Source of the DNA: Asterias rubens | Taxonomy: Eukaryota | Direction of reading: 5' to 3' | NCBI RefSeq assembly: GCF_902459465.1 | Contig: NC_047062.1 | Location: 9,300,001 to 9,364,000, forward strand | DNA length: 64,000 nt | Made by a program: the position numbers and the translations under genes | Notes under the pieces: generated by a model | What the model saw: only the letters and a program-made list of their open reading frames with translations | Told to the model about the DNA's origin: nothing | The model's database searches: none | Shown here: one piece after another, positions 63,969 to 64,000 of the stretch | Layout: each line of letters starts with the position of its first letter | Numbering within the stretch: position 1 is the first letter of the stretch

Positions 63969-64000
63969 CAGAATCCAACTATGTTCAAATGTTGACTCTG

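Overview
AT-rich eukaryotic (animal) genomic DNA with spliced genes and dense DNA-transposon/MITE debris. The TTAA-flanked repeat family resembles repeats I recall from sea-star genomes, so an echinoderm source is an inference only. I reconstructed four protein-coding loci on the + strand by hand from GT-AG junctions: (1) the last two exons of an organic solute transporter alpha (SLC51A/OSTalpha-like) gene at 16-1700; (2) a complete 7-coding-exon tandem paralogue at 16238-21837 (469 aa); (3) a DUSP10/MKP-5-like MAP kinase phosphatase at 43659-46290 (427 aa); (4) the first three coding exons of a NOXRED1-like oxidoreductase at 61291-63499, which continues past the window. Intergenic and intronic DNA holds about 15 copies of TTAA-flanked Kolobok/T2-like MITEs, a decayed PIF/Harbinger element with a Myb/SANT relic absent from the ORF track, a modular foldback element containing a MITE and a 5'-truncated CR1/L2-like LINE, 9-bp-TSD MITEs, a tRNA-derived SINE and a 77-bp minisatellite. 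There is no CRISPR array or prokaryotic system, and I found no convincing wholly new biological system. The most notable signals are a CRE/AP-1 cluster upstream of DUSP10, the transposon architectures and the OSTalpha tandem pair.
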